From NCBI GenBank assembly GCA_900088475.1, contig FLMG01000904.1:1-64000 (forward strand): a stretch of 64,000 nucleotides of DNA. The letters run 5' to 3'. Of this stretch, positions 36,401 to 48,500 are shown piece by piece. The position numbers and the translations under genes are program-made. The first letter of the stretch is position 1. Each line of letters opens with the position of its first letter. The notes beneath the pieces are model-generated. The model saw only the letters and a list, made by a program, of their open reading frames with translations. It made no database searches and was not told where the DNA came from. Origin of the DNA: Hyphochytrium catenoides (lineage: Eukaryota; Protista; Hyphochytriomycota).

Positions 36401-39381
36401 CACTTGTCACGAGGTCAAACTTCAATTCGGAGATCGCTTGCAAGTCCTAATAGCTATTGCTCAATCCAATACACTGAAAAGGGGCCAGACTTGTTGAAGA
36501 GTTTTCTTACCTGTCCATCCATTTTGCTGGACTCTCCTACAAAGGAGACATAACCGGTAGCCTTTTGCATAACACCCTTCAGGTAGGACAGCACGACTCC
36601 CAGAATTTTCTGCAACGAAGTCTCGGGAATGGGATAAAACGAAGAAGTTACATTCTCCAGTGCCACCAAAGAGGGAAGCACTGTCTCCCGATCGCTGTTA
36701 AAGGTCATCAAGAGCTCCACAAGAGCAGGTAACGGTAGGAGTGATGCACTCGGTGCATCCACTTTCTGCGAAATGTTGGCAAGGACACGAGCTAGATTAC
36801 GTCTCGTGGAGTCACCTGCCGGGGTTGACAAACAGGTGAGCATGACACTTGTAGATAGAGGTAGCATGAACACCACGTACCAAGCAAAGTGATGGGTGGA
36901 AGACCTATAAGCAAAGCTAACAGTCCCGGCTCTTTCAATATCAAAAAGCAGCAATCTGTGACAATGGAGATGTTTGCCAGGTAAATGACACATTGCTTAA
37001 CCAGGTCCTTTAGCATGTGATGGCCAAGGATCCCGACAGAGGTTAGACAACCAGAGACCATTTGTATCCCACCACACTCGGCCAACAAAACTTCCTTTCC
37101 TTCGAAGTAAGAGAGGTTTGCGAAGAGAACAGCTGCATTGCAAAAAATTGCGATGTACTGATCTCCCATCTCAGTATCATCGGCCAGTCCCAGAAGAACC
37201 ACCTTTTGGCTGACCTTACGCAAGGCTGCCGCCACGTTACTGTGATGAAGTACCTCTTCGCGGCCCCTCTGTGAGAATGAGAGGGTTGCCAACGCTTGGA
37301 GGGCTGGACCAACTGTGGTGTTGAGGCTGCCGAGATTGGAGTCATCACTAGCTATGCTATCAACCAAGAACGGCACCGCACCGTCTGAAACGGCTGTTTG
37401 CAAATTGGAAGTCTGTGTTAAGTTCGCAACAGCCCTAAGGGAAGCTTCGGTGGCCTCCTTCTCAGAGCTCCCAGCTCTGTGTTGCAAGTCCTCTGGTGCC
37501 GCAAGGGCTCTCGCTTTCCGTATGTATGAGACCGCGTGCCCAGACAACAACTCCTTACGGTTTTCTTCGGGTTGGGAGAAGTTTGCTAACGCCTTTGCCG
37601 CCAGCGAGCTCCCTTCAACCGTATTCTTCTGTTTCTGGATTAGATCGAAGGCCGCCAAAGGCAGGCGACCCTCTAACATATAAGACTGATAACGTTGGCT
37701 TCCCGATAGTCCACAAAGAATATTTGATAGCAGCTCTCGGAGCTTGTTGGTCTTTGTTACCATGTACGGATTTATAGTGCCGCCTTCAACGTAGTCCTGC
37801 GCAATAGGTACACTTACACCGACAAACTTAGAGTCCACCAAGAGAGATTGTAGAATGGTGGCCAACTTAGCGGATCCCACAAAATATTGCTGCCATCGCT
37901 CTTGGGCGCTGTAGTGGTTGAGGAAGAGTAGGAAGTTCTGTACAGTGTTGTACCATACCATCCCAGTCTGGTCGATAGGAGCTTTAACTCTCTGCAATGC
38001 TAAGAGAACTCGCGGAATAATTCGACACCGGACGAGCTCGAGCTCGAAGGGGTCAGATTTCGACCCCTCATCGAAGAGGACACTTTGATCACTTCGTTTC
38101 GGACTATGGGCGTCACTCCCGGGTAAGGTCCTAAGAAGGCATTCCGAAACACAAGATCGAATTTGTTGATCATCTTGATCCAATAGTACACCGATAGGAT
38201 GGATTGTCTTGCTGACAGATGATATCCCCAAGTCAGAAGTCCATTGCAATATGAAGAATACGATTCGCTTACCTGGAGCCACAGCGAGAGCTTAAGTGAA
38301 GAATAGCGTTACCTAATGATCTGAGCACATCTTGGTCATCTAGATCATATTCCTGCAGTTTCCAAATCCCACTGCCAGATATGTAATCTATCGCTAAGGC
38401 TACCTCGTCCAAAGTGGCTGTTTGACAGAGGTTAGTTATCAGTATTACGGCGCAATAAAATGATTCCCGGTGGGCTCTGTACTCCGCAGCTATGTACGAC
38501 ACGGATCCGAGAAGCTTTAGGCATCCAATCTCGTTCAGCATCCCACGGTGGGTGTCTACACCAGAAACGCTGCTGAATATGATAAGAACCAATTTTGCGA
38601 GGACATGGTCTTGTAGCGGGGAGCAGTCAACAACAGGCTCCCAATGAAGCAAGGTCGTCAGTGTAGCTTTGCAGATCTGCGACTCCACAAGCTCGTTCGG
38701 AACCCCCTCAACGTAGGAGAGATTCGCACAGGTCAACAGGGACATTTTGAGATGAGCTAATGGGATCTGGGTCCCAATATTCCTGCAAAGCAAGGGGTAT
38801 AGAGCCTTCTGCTTGCCCAACTTAGAAGCTGTCCTCTTGTCTGAACTCACCCTCGACACAGCTACAAGGGCAAGACGATGAATGAGGTCATTAGGGTCTT
38901 GAAAGAGCTCGCTAGCCGTTATGGTGTCGATGGCGTCTATTAAACTTTCCATCACAAAGCTATTCCTTCCATGGAAGTCTAGCACCATTGCTGCCACTGT
39001 TTCCATACACTTGTAAGCCGTCTCAAGGTCGTCTCGCCCTCGTTCGAGCAAGTACCTAAGCGCAGGGATTACGTTGGCGCGAACTAAATCTGGAGAGTGC
39101 TCCGAGTGCTTCCCCAGCAGCCACAATATGCTGGCAGATAGGCGGACGTCCGCCACAGTCTTGACGGACCCCTGTAACCCAAGTGTAAAACTTTTGATAT
39201 TTCCGCCGTCCAGGAGGCCTCGATGCCGTTGAGGTTCCTGGACCTGACGGTATAGTTTACCGAGGGTTGGATTCGTCGTCTCTTCGTCCATCGTGAATAT
39301 AGATGCAACTCTATGTTCCGAAGTCTGGGACATGGCTCTGTAGGCAATGGATGCCAACAACAGGAAGCAAGACGATGCCAT
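33441..39381 (-). CDS. Large armadillo/HEAT-repeat protein (roughly 1,850-1,900 aa)
   Basis: Long Leu-rich helical ORFs (38269..39381, 36792..38282, 36454..36993, 34065..36443, 33719..34081, 33441..33632) can be joined by short GT-AG introns. ARM-like motifs: LAAKALANFS, SLRAVANLT, ALQALATLS, CLNTLANVS, NCAFAFANFC. Confidence 0.78.
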
Positions 39382-40014
39382 TCATTGCTGCCCCTGTTTT
39401 TTCTCCGTGCCTCTTGACCGGAGGCATAAACATGGTTTCCCGATAACCAACCACGACAGAAGTGCCCACCCCTTGGGGGGAGAGTTCATGCAATTCATCA
39501 AGCCGGGCTGGGCCCTTGATGGCTACGAGCATGCTTGAGAAGGGGCGATGAAGTTGAGAACACAGGGTTAAGGTCCTGGCTGCTGCGCGATAAGCAGAGA
39601 GCATGGAAGAACTTGATTTGGTTTTGAAGGAACTGTAGGATCGGAGAAGTGAGGCATCACCACTCATAACTGAGATGAGTAAGGTTGTGTAACCGACATT
39701 TTGTCCAGGCCACACGGTCATACTGTAGAACTATGAGACTATGAATATGTCAGAGCGAGGTCACGCGGTCCAACTTGACATAATAAATAGACAGAGGGAA
39801 ACCTGGTGGACTCAGAATGCATTCCTGCTTGGCAGAGAAGAATGGCCTTCTGGCAGCTGTCATAGAAAAACTTCCAACTCTTTTATAAAAGATAAATAGT
39901 AGGCTAAGCTACATGTGACCTTGCGCTTTCCTTGGAAACGTCACAATGATCTGGTAGATAAATAAGAGGTAGGTGAGGTGCCCAACGGACACAGAACTTC
40001 CTTCATCACGGAGA

Positions 40015-40875
40015 CTATCGGGCTGGAATGGCGCAACCCATGTCAAGATCCGTCCGAGAAAGGCTTGGAAACTGGCGAAACGACCTTATAAGTAGGGTTT
40101 CCAAGGTGGACGACGGTGTGACCTCAATGGGTCTACGATCTACATCCTCGTCTGCAAATCCAACAACCTCAGATATCTCCTCAGAGAAACGTACACATCG
40201 CTGCTTCTTCTTCTTCTGCAATTGGTGGCAAAGTCCTTCCGGTCCAGCCTTTATATCTTGAAGCGCCTGCTCGATTGCAATTTGTTGCCTTAAGGTCTGG
40301 AGTTTCATCGAGATTCTCTCAGCCTTCATCAGCTCGTTGTAAGCTGCAGTCATTTCCTGCTGCTTCCACAGCCGGACTCCCTTCTGTGAGGCGACTCTAT
40401 ATCCAGCCTCCAGCATAACCAGGCTGCGCTTGACGATATCTTCATCATCAGTTAGCAGTGTAACACCCTCCACATCCACTCGAATAGCGCTAGTCCTTGG
40501 ACGAGACGGCATTTCCCCTACACCACACCATGACCGTGAGCGCGGCCTATTGCTACGACGGTCAGCCTGCTCCTGTGCCTCAATTCTTGACATCCTATCC
40601 TGAGCAGTCTCTGTAACTGGAACCACGCCATATGCCAGGCATACCACTTGGAAATGACTGTGAACCTGCTCCAAGAAGATGGTGCACTGTTCTCTCAGAC
40701 CAGGATTGGCCTCGCACATTCTAACGAGGTCAAGTGTGACCTTGTCCAATGCATCGCGGACCACAGATTCTTCCATTTTCGCCTCTTGCGCGGCCTCCAC
40801 TAGCCTCTTGAACTTCAGGTCAAGGGCTAAGAGCGAGAGAAGAGTTCTCTCATCATAAACTGTCGGAGGTTCCAT
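40015..40875 (-). CDS. Uncharacterised 286-aa protein with a C-terminal PP1-docking RVxF motif
   Basis: Single ATG-initiated ORF with helical/coiled composition and the motif KKKKQRCVRFSEEISEVVGFADEDVDRRP. Confidence 0.7.
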   Translation of the reverse strand: MEPPTVYDERTLLSLLALDLKFKRLVEAAQEAKMEESVVRDALDKVTLDLVRMCEANPGLREQCTIFLEQVHSHFQVVCLAYGVVPVTETAQDRMSRIEAQEQADRRSNRPRSRSWCGVGEMPSRPRTSAIRVDVEGVTLLTDDEDIVKRSLVMLEAGYRVASQKGVRLWKQQEMTAAYNELMKAERISMKLQTLRQQIAIEQALQDIKAGPEGLCHQLQKKKKQRCVRFSEEISEVVGFADEDVDRRPIEVTPSSTLETLLIRSFRQFPSLSRTDLDMGCAIPAR

Positions 40876-40883
40876 CCTCCTCT

Positions 40884-40910
40884 ATGCCAGTATACTAATG
40901 CCAGTATACT
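40884..40910. repeat. Tandem 13-bp direct repeat ATGCCAGTATACT x2
   Basis: Exact copies at 40884-40896 and 40898-40910, just upstream of the start codon at 40875 (-). Confidence 0.85.
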
Positions 40911-41690
40911 GATATCGAATCTAGAAGAAGGGGACACCGACGATACCTTGTTCCGAGATAAAGATTGTTCACTCAGCTTATCGGGCCCTATGAGCGTCTA
41001 CCGCACTGGCTGCGAGGCTCAATGCTTGGAACAGGAGACAGAGTATCGTCCAGCTTTCCATGAAATCTCGAACTCTGACCAAGCACTGGTGGAATCACTC
41101 CTCCATTAGAAAAGCTTGAATAGCCCTGTGTATGGGTTGTGAGATCTGCTCATAAAGCTCTTTTTCGATGTGCGGCAATTGTGTGAGGAGGGCTCGATAC
41201 TGAAGCTTCATCATCAGCGCTGCATTCGACGCTCAGTCAGCGTTGTAGCAATGCTCTTGTAGCATACCCTTGTCTAGCCTGATACAAGTATCCAGAGAAA
41301 GAAGTGACAACAGCAAAGCTCATTTTGGCTATACTCATAGGACCGGGAACTGTGGGAAAAAAGTTTGCTTGCGGCAACTTGGTGCTATGTGAGAAGCGCC
41401 ATCGCTGCTTGTTCCTAGGTGGGGGAGGACAGACAGGTATCCAGTAGCAGGAAGCGGATTGCGGTATAGTTCCTACGTGTAGACACTGTTTCCTCTGCTT
41501 GTACCTGTAGAACCTAAAGGCTTTACTCGTAGCACAAAGACTTGATCTCCCTCATATCAATGCTTTCCACAGGAGGAGGAGGACGGAGGAGCTGCTTTTT
41601 GGCTCTTCCACGGTCACGGTTGCTGCCAGCACACCCTGTCGTGACAGCTTTTGGCCAACAAAGCCCAGAGAAGCGGAACTACACCAACAG

Positions 41691-41721
41691 CCAATTACTA
41701 GGGAGCCGGTAGAACTCCAAT
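41691..41721. promoter_or_regulatory. Paired CCAAT boxes in a divergent intergenic region
   Basis: CCAAT at 41691 and 41717 (CCAATCAG context). CCAAT/ATTGG also occurs upstream of other genes (275, 351, 491, 26245, 55848, 55858). The motif is short and may be partly chance. Confidence 0.35.
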
Positions 41722-42507
41722 CAGAATGAGTGTATTCTCAATATCGTGGTAGCTTTTAACCCTGTATACTGGATCGGGTTATTGAGGTGCTCAAGTCTTT
41801 TTGTAATGTACAGTTCAAGTGGCAGCATGGCGGTTAGCGGCTATCTGATCCTGGAGGAGTTTTGAATGCGAAAGGCCACATGCCCCACACCTTCTACCAC
41901 CAGAAGTCTAGGCACTGTAACGACTAGGAAGCCCTTGATGGTTGTACGCTGCTCCTCTGTTACCCACTCTGTGGGCTGCTGCTGCTCTTTATTGGCCCCG
42001 GGACTGGCGCTTTATAGATAATAATAGCCTAAGAGTCTTGAAGAAGACTGCAGTCTACTTCTTGGGAGTAAGTCTCCGGATCCCAGTAAAGGGTTCTTGA
42101 TGCCTCCCCGCTGGGGACGCTTGAAGTCGCGATCTTCTAGCGCTATCAGTCTTAGCTCGTTCTACCCTCTAATATCGTTATAAAGGGTCGCCAATGATGA
42201 GTACAATAAGAAAAGGTGCCTCAGCCAGTGAGAGAAGGTGATCAAGGCAATAAGATAAGGTTTAGCTTACCGTCTCATAGGACCAGCGCGGGTGTAGCCT
42301 CAGCACAGGTGATGGTTCCTCCTTTCTAGAACCTTTCCTTCTTGAAATCCTACGCACCACTAGGTCCCCCGGCATGGATCATATCGTAATGCCAGGTTCG
42401 GGACAAGGGCGAGAGCCCTTTTCCATTCTAAGGGTGACCAAAGGTAGCACAGGTGGACCCCGTTGAGATTACCTTACCTTTATGACTCCAGGTAAACAGG
42501 GTGGAAA

Positions 42508-45500
42508 ATGAACAAAGTAGCACCCGTGGACAACCGGTTCCTCAATGAGGTCATTAACTCCGGAGGGATCGAAGGGTACATATGGGAGATTGGTGTTCCT
42601 GGTGACAGTCTCGATGAACTCGTGGAGCTGGCACCTACTACCGAAGCACTCATAGTCGAGACGCAGTATGGACGAGCCAATAGCACCCAAAGCTTAAACA
42701 GCAACCCAATCGCCTGCTGCTTCACTACCGATATAGAATTGTGGTGTCAGAGAAACGTCCACTTGGATCGCTCTTGGCACCTCTGGATAGACCCGGTAAG
42801 TGAATTTTCCTACAAGGACTGCTTACGAAAAAACTTACAAGCTGATACGCTCTAGACCAAACCCGACGGCCTCTCTTTGGTTTTCAAGGTATAATTCCTC
42901 GCCTATTCTCAAAGAAACCAAGCGCTTTACCACTATGTTCGAAACACAGGTTGGACAGCACATAATAGTGTGCGGGTTGTTCAATAAGAAGTACACGTGG
43001 AGGCTGGAAGTGGCGTCCGGCAAACCTAAACCCTCTGCGGGTGGCAACTCTTTGAAGCCATCGTCCAAACTACCTTTATGTCTCATCTCCAACAAAGGCT
43101 ACCAAAGCCTTCGGCTCATTATCAGAGACTATGTGCCGAGCGCTACCCGCTTGATGAAAGAAGTGGAGAAAGATAGAAACTTCTTCAGTAACAGAAACAG
43201 CATTGTTCTTGTCTCGTCCGAGAACATCCTATCACAAAGACAATACTCTGTTTCTGTCACAAATAACTCGATAGCGATCCTATTTCTCAACCAGGACCGC
43301 AAGATATCCGCCTATGCCCTCTCACTAGACTTGGTGGCTATGTCATTCGCCCTGAGTGAATATGCGCTGGCTGATAGTCAACAAACAAGGAGGGAGTCAC
43401 GGGATGGACTATCAGGGCTAAAACGCGCCATTGCGGATGCGTTACACTATCAGAAGCTTTACCCTAGCCAGACCAGGTAGGAGGCGAAACAAAATCCCAT
43501 ACCGCTAAAAGAAGCTGACACTAGGTCTAGATGGGCCACCATCCTTCGAGCATTGCGAGTCCCTAAACCGTCGCAGACGAGACGAAGCTCAATTCCTAGG
43601 AGCCTTCGACCCAGTGACGCTCGCCACTGGCTGCGAACGACAGAAAGAAGATTGTCAGATGCCTCAGAGAGTGAGAACGCACACAGCCAGATTAGTGAAG
43701 GAACTAATGAAAGACACGGAAGGGATCACCGGTCCATGAGTTCAGGCAGCTCAGATTCTGCTGGCTACTTTTGCAGGCATGTAGTAGAGGTCTCTATGGT
43801 TCTCGAAGCCCTATGCAACCTGGAATCACCACAGGTAATCCATGAATACCTACACAAGTTGCAGGAAATAGTTTGCCCTGCTGAGCGAGGAAAAGCGGAG
43901 GAAAAGCGTCGCAGAGCCGAAGAGGGGTCCTGCCACAAGCCGTTGCTCCTGTTCCCGCATATAGTAGGATGGATTTCTGTATTGGTTGACATCCTATTGG
44001 CGGACCCGGGAGAGGACAAAATCAAGAGAGAAAATTCGGCCCGGGTTGGAGACATTCTGATTAGCCTTTGCGCCGAGCTCCAAGGTGAACGCGCAGCGCA
44101 GCCACTGATGGCTCTTGAAGACTTGAGAGATGTGGCATCCTACAGTTTGGAGTCCATCCTTCAAATCTCGAGCACCGCTGCATCTCACTCTGGAGTGCTC
44201 GTCCGGGGAATACAAGTCCTCGTCAACTTACCGCACTTCTTGGAGCTCTTTTTGCTTCAGGGAGGAATGGAAAGTTTGGAGGTAAGGCATCAGAAACATC
44301 TCTTTCGGTATCCTCGACATAAAGTCTTGAAGGCTTGCTTGGCACTTTACAGATGCGACTGAACAGGACTATCAAAGAGCTCATAGTGATCACAAATATA
44401 GCTGAGAATCAGGGCGTGAAGTCCGCAGCGGACGCCTCGTACTCGGCCAGCAGCTTGACTTATCTGACATGGAAGAGCTCAGACCTTTACAAGCTCGATG
44501 ACGCTGATCGGAAAGCAAATACCCCCAAGGGTTCAGACGAACCAACAAACAGTTCTAGAGATAGCTTCGGTAGTAAACAGAGTTTTCTTCGGTCCTACTC
44601 CGCCACTCACCTTTTAGGTGGTCCTGACAGCCGGTCAAGTTTGCTGAATGGCACTCAGGAAGCATCAGTGGATGGTAAGACGCCCGTAACGAGTACATTA
44701 CTTGACTTCCTGGGGGCTAAAGGCACTGCGATTTTTGCCAACTAGCACTCTCAAAATGCGTGAGAGGGCCACCGGAAGGAGCCATCTTGAGTAGGACACC
44801 GTCTGGTTACACCAAGAGGAGAAACTCATACAACAGCTCATTCAATTTACGAGCGAGATCTGAACTTCCAGGGCTCAGTGGCAACAGTATCCAGAAAAGC
44901 GGTGTCGTGGTCCCCGCACTGCCTCTGACAAAGTGTCAGGTCAGCCATGGAACATTATGCTTAGAACTGAGGCTGCTATGAAAAGCTAATCATCACCATT
45001 TCGGTCCATGAATGAACTACAGATTCCCCTTGAGGGAACAGCGGGAGACCCGGACGAGAAGTTTTCGACTCGCTTCAGGCGGAGGTCGACAGTGACGAAC
45101 CTTCAGGGATCGCATGGCGGGAGTCACAGCCCTGCTGTGGACACCACCAGGAGTGAAACTTCGAAGGCTCTATCGCGGGTGCCTACTCATATGACCAATG
45201 CCACTTCCGGAAGTGGGGAAGAACACCGGGCTGTGTCAGCCATGAGAGACCTGGCATGGAAGGTTTACTTCATTTCTCGTTTTATGCTTAAGCGTTTCCG
45301 ATTCATTCGTCTAAGGTGATTCGCTCCTTCTCGGCAGCTCGGTCAAACATTCACGGCTAGAGATCTTTGGGCGCTTACCTTTCAGTACAGAGAGCTCAGA
45401 GAGCTCCCAGTAGACGGGAAGTTGACGGACGACCATACGACGAGGACTCTCATAAATTCTGGAACCAGAGCTCAATCTTGTGAGACACAGGAAAGCAGCA

Positions 45501-48500
45501 AGAATGAGAACGCTTGGTCTCGTCCCGAACACTCCGGCGAGGAGCGAAGCAGAAGTACTAAGCCTTCGGTAAAGGAAATTCAGATCAGCAGGTTCACGAA
45601 ATTAGCTCGGGACGAGAGTATCGCCATCCTCCATGCTATGGCGCTGGTGCTTGATAAGTGCAAAGACATCGACGAGCTCCGCCGCCCTAGAGTCTCTGTT
45701 CCATACAATCTCATATTCAGCGAGGTACGCCATCTGCGCTAACCACCAACCGAGAACGACTCACCAACTTCGGGTAACAGCTGCAACGCTTAGCGCTAGG
45801 CAAAGCAGGGACGACAATGGCTGGGCAGGAAGAGCTTTCCGTCACTATTTATCAAAAGAAGCTGTTGGCAGTTCTTGCAGCGGCGAATCGAGCTGTGCCT
45901 GTTCCTCAGACTCTCTCGCTGGAAAGCCCGGTCTGCTAAAAAAGAGTCATATCTTTGGCTATTATATTGTGGTCCCCAGTAACCGTTGTCTTTGTTCTCA
46001 GGACTCATTTCTGCTCAGATGTAATTATCGACTACACTATTATACAAGTTGCCTTGAAGCTTTAGTGAGGCAGCTCAGCGGTAACAAAAAGGGTAAGGTG
46101 GATCTCGTCGCACCCGCTGTGGACAAACTGATGGTAGCTTTGGTAAGTGCGACGGCATGCTCCAAAGTTCTAGAAAAAACAGGAACGCCGTTTGATAGGC
46201 GCTAGTCACTATTGAGATCTGACTGTCACCGCTTTCCTGTTGTTAGAGTTCTTTATTGGAGTTCCTCGCCGACTATTTCGAAGAGTGCCCATCAATTGTG
46301 ACGGTGCCGCATATTCTTCTATTTTCAAGATCCCTGGTGAAGGTGACAGAACTTCAAGTTTTTCATCTTAGTCATCCAGAACTGAAGGATTGCCAGACAG
46401 CTGAAGCTACGGAAAGTTTGCTGCGTTTGCTCACGGTCATGTGTAACAGCTCCTCTGTTAAAGACAGCCATCAGCAGCTACTCCAACTCATTTTGCAGGA
46501 CCAAAGTCTCTTCCTTCATCTTTTGAAAGCCCATTTCAATAGGGTCATGGCGAACCTTTCAAGTACGAAGGGAGCTTCAGCACATCAACCCACTACGAAT
46601 CGTGCAATCGCTAAAGGTACCTTGGAGCAGATGCAGAAATGCATGCTGCTTGTCCTTGCAATCATACGATTAGCACGAAATGTCCTAGATTCACTTCTAG
46701 TCGACGACTCTGATTCTATGGAAACTGTACGAGAGGAATCAGACCCACAAAGCTGCCAAGAGGAAGCCGAGTACGACGAAACTCGTTCCCGGGGCACCTC
46801 CNNNNNNNNNNNNNNNNNNNNNNNNNNNNNNNNNNNNNNNNNNNNNNNNNNNATGTGTAGACGCCCTATTCATGCACCATGATGCTTTATTGGAACTCCC
46901 CAAGTTTGTCATCATGATGATCCGTTTTCATTACTCAGCGTTTATTAGAATCTACCTCGGTCTATCATGCAACGTTAAGCCGAATACTCTTCTTATTCAG
47001 CTCTGCAGAATGCATCTTCGTGGCCTTCTGCACTTTGCTAAGTCAAGAAAAACTAGGCCTCACATTCGCAGCAGCTTCTACCAAATTCGGCTTGTTGAGT
47101 TCTTGGGAAGGGAACTGGCATCAAGGAAGGGCAAGCTGAATCGGGAAGAGGGAGTATCGGATTTAAGCCAAGAGCCATCCAGCCAAAGTATCCAACCGGT
47201 ATCCCTGCCTCATCTTAGGCAAGAGAACTCGGAGACAACTCCGGTGGAAGAACTGAAATTTGGAGAAAAACATTCGCCGTCGACGATCGACGCCTTACAG
47301 TCCCATCCAGGAATTGAGGCTCCAAAAGGAAAAGAGGCAATTCCAGAACAGCTTGAAAGTTCGTTCTCCAGACTGACAACGCAAGATAATGCCACCCTTA
47401 ATGTTGAAAGCGAAATCGGAGAGCAGTCTTCGGTAAAAAGTCTTCATCATAAAACTCGGTTTAATCAGGCCACAAGGGCTAGAGATAACGAGAATGAGAG
47501 TGGTCTCAGCGACGAGGGATCTGACGATGAGACCTTCATTAACATCCCGGCTGCGTACAGCCCTCAACTGTCCAGTGGTAACGCATTGATAGCCCGAAAT
47601 ACCGCCAAGTTGATCTTGCCTTTGCGAGTAGGCTCTCAGCCGGAGCTAACCGCTAATACTGCTCTGACGAAGGAGCTCTCGAAAGATGAAAGCAAGCACC
47701 CTAGTCTGTTGGATATGGGTGGGAAGGTTCTTGGAACTGCTCCTGGAGAACCTTCTGAGGTAGTTCCCCAGTTGAAAGATCCACAACCGTCCGGAACCCA
47801 TGTTACAGGGGAATCTCATGCTGTTTCTGCAGAAGAAGAGCTGGATAGTGATAGTGGATCTTCCTCCAAGGTAGAGAGCACTCCACCTGAACGTCTTCCC
47901 AGCGCTAGAGCTTTCGACGAGTCCTCAGCAGCCTCGGCTCCACCATCGGCCAAGAGCAACCTCCCAACCCTAATCGGCCTTCCCAATCGTTTGGCAGCAC
48001 CAGATATTCCGCTGATGCAAGCCAACCAAAGTGGACTCCAGTCTGCTACATCTCCCTTCAAGGTTGACGCAGAGTATGACTCGGATGCTCCCGCTCCCGA
48101 AGCAGCTGCAAAAGCCATTCCGCGAATACATTTTTCCTTAACTGACATTCGTATAGCTTCCCCCGAGCCCTCAATCGAACTTCAACCTTCAATAGGCTTA
48201 GTCAAGGCCGTGGATCAAAGTGCGGAGACACTTTCTGTAGCGAGCGGTGATAGTTATGGTAGTAGCGATGAGGAGGACCAGACCTGGCTGCCTACCAGCT
48301 ATCATCACGATGCCCATCGAATCAAGACAGGGAGCACAATGGCGATCGCCCTGTCTATTCCCTTGAAGTTGGATATTCCGTCTCAAGAGCCTAGGGAGGC
48401 AACGGTGAAGGGAAGCCCGAAGGGCGAGGATGAGATTGAGACCGTGCGAAGACTGGGAGTGAATCGACGGTTGAGACATAAGGGAAAGACTTTGACGCCA

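Noticed and set aside
42286-42330. GCGGGTGTAGCCTCAG resembling a tRNA 5' end
   Set aside because: There is no T-loop GTTCRA at the right spacing and no complementary acceptor stem.
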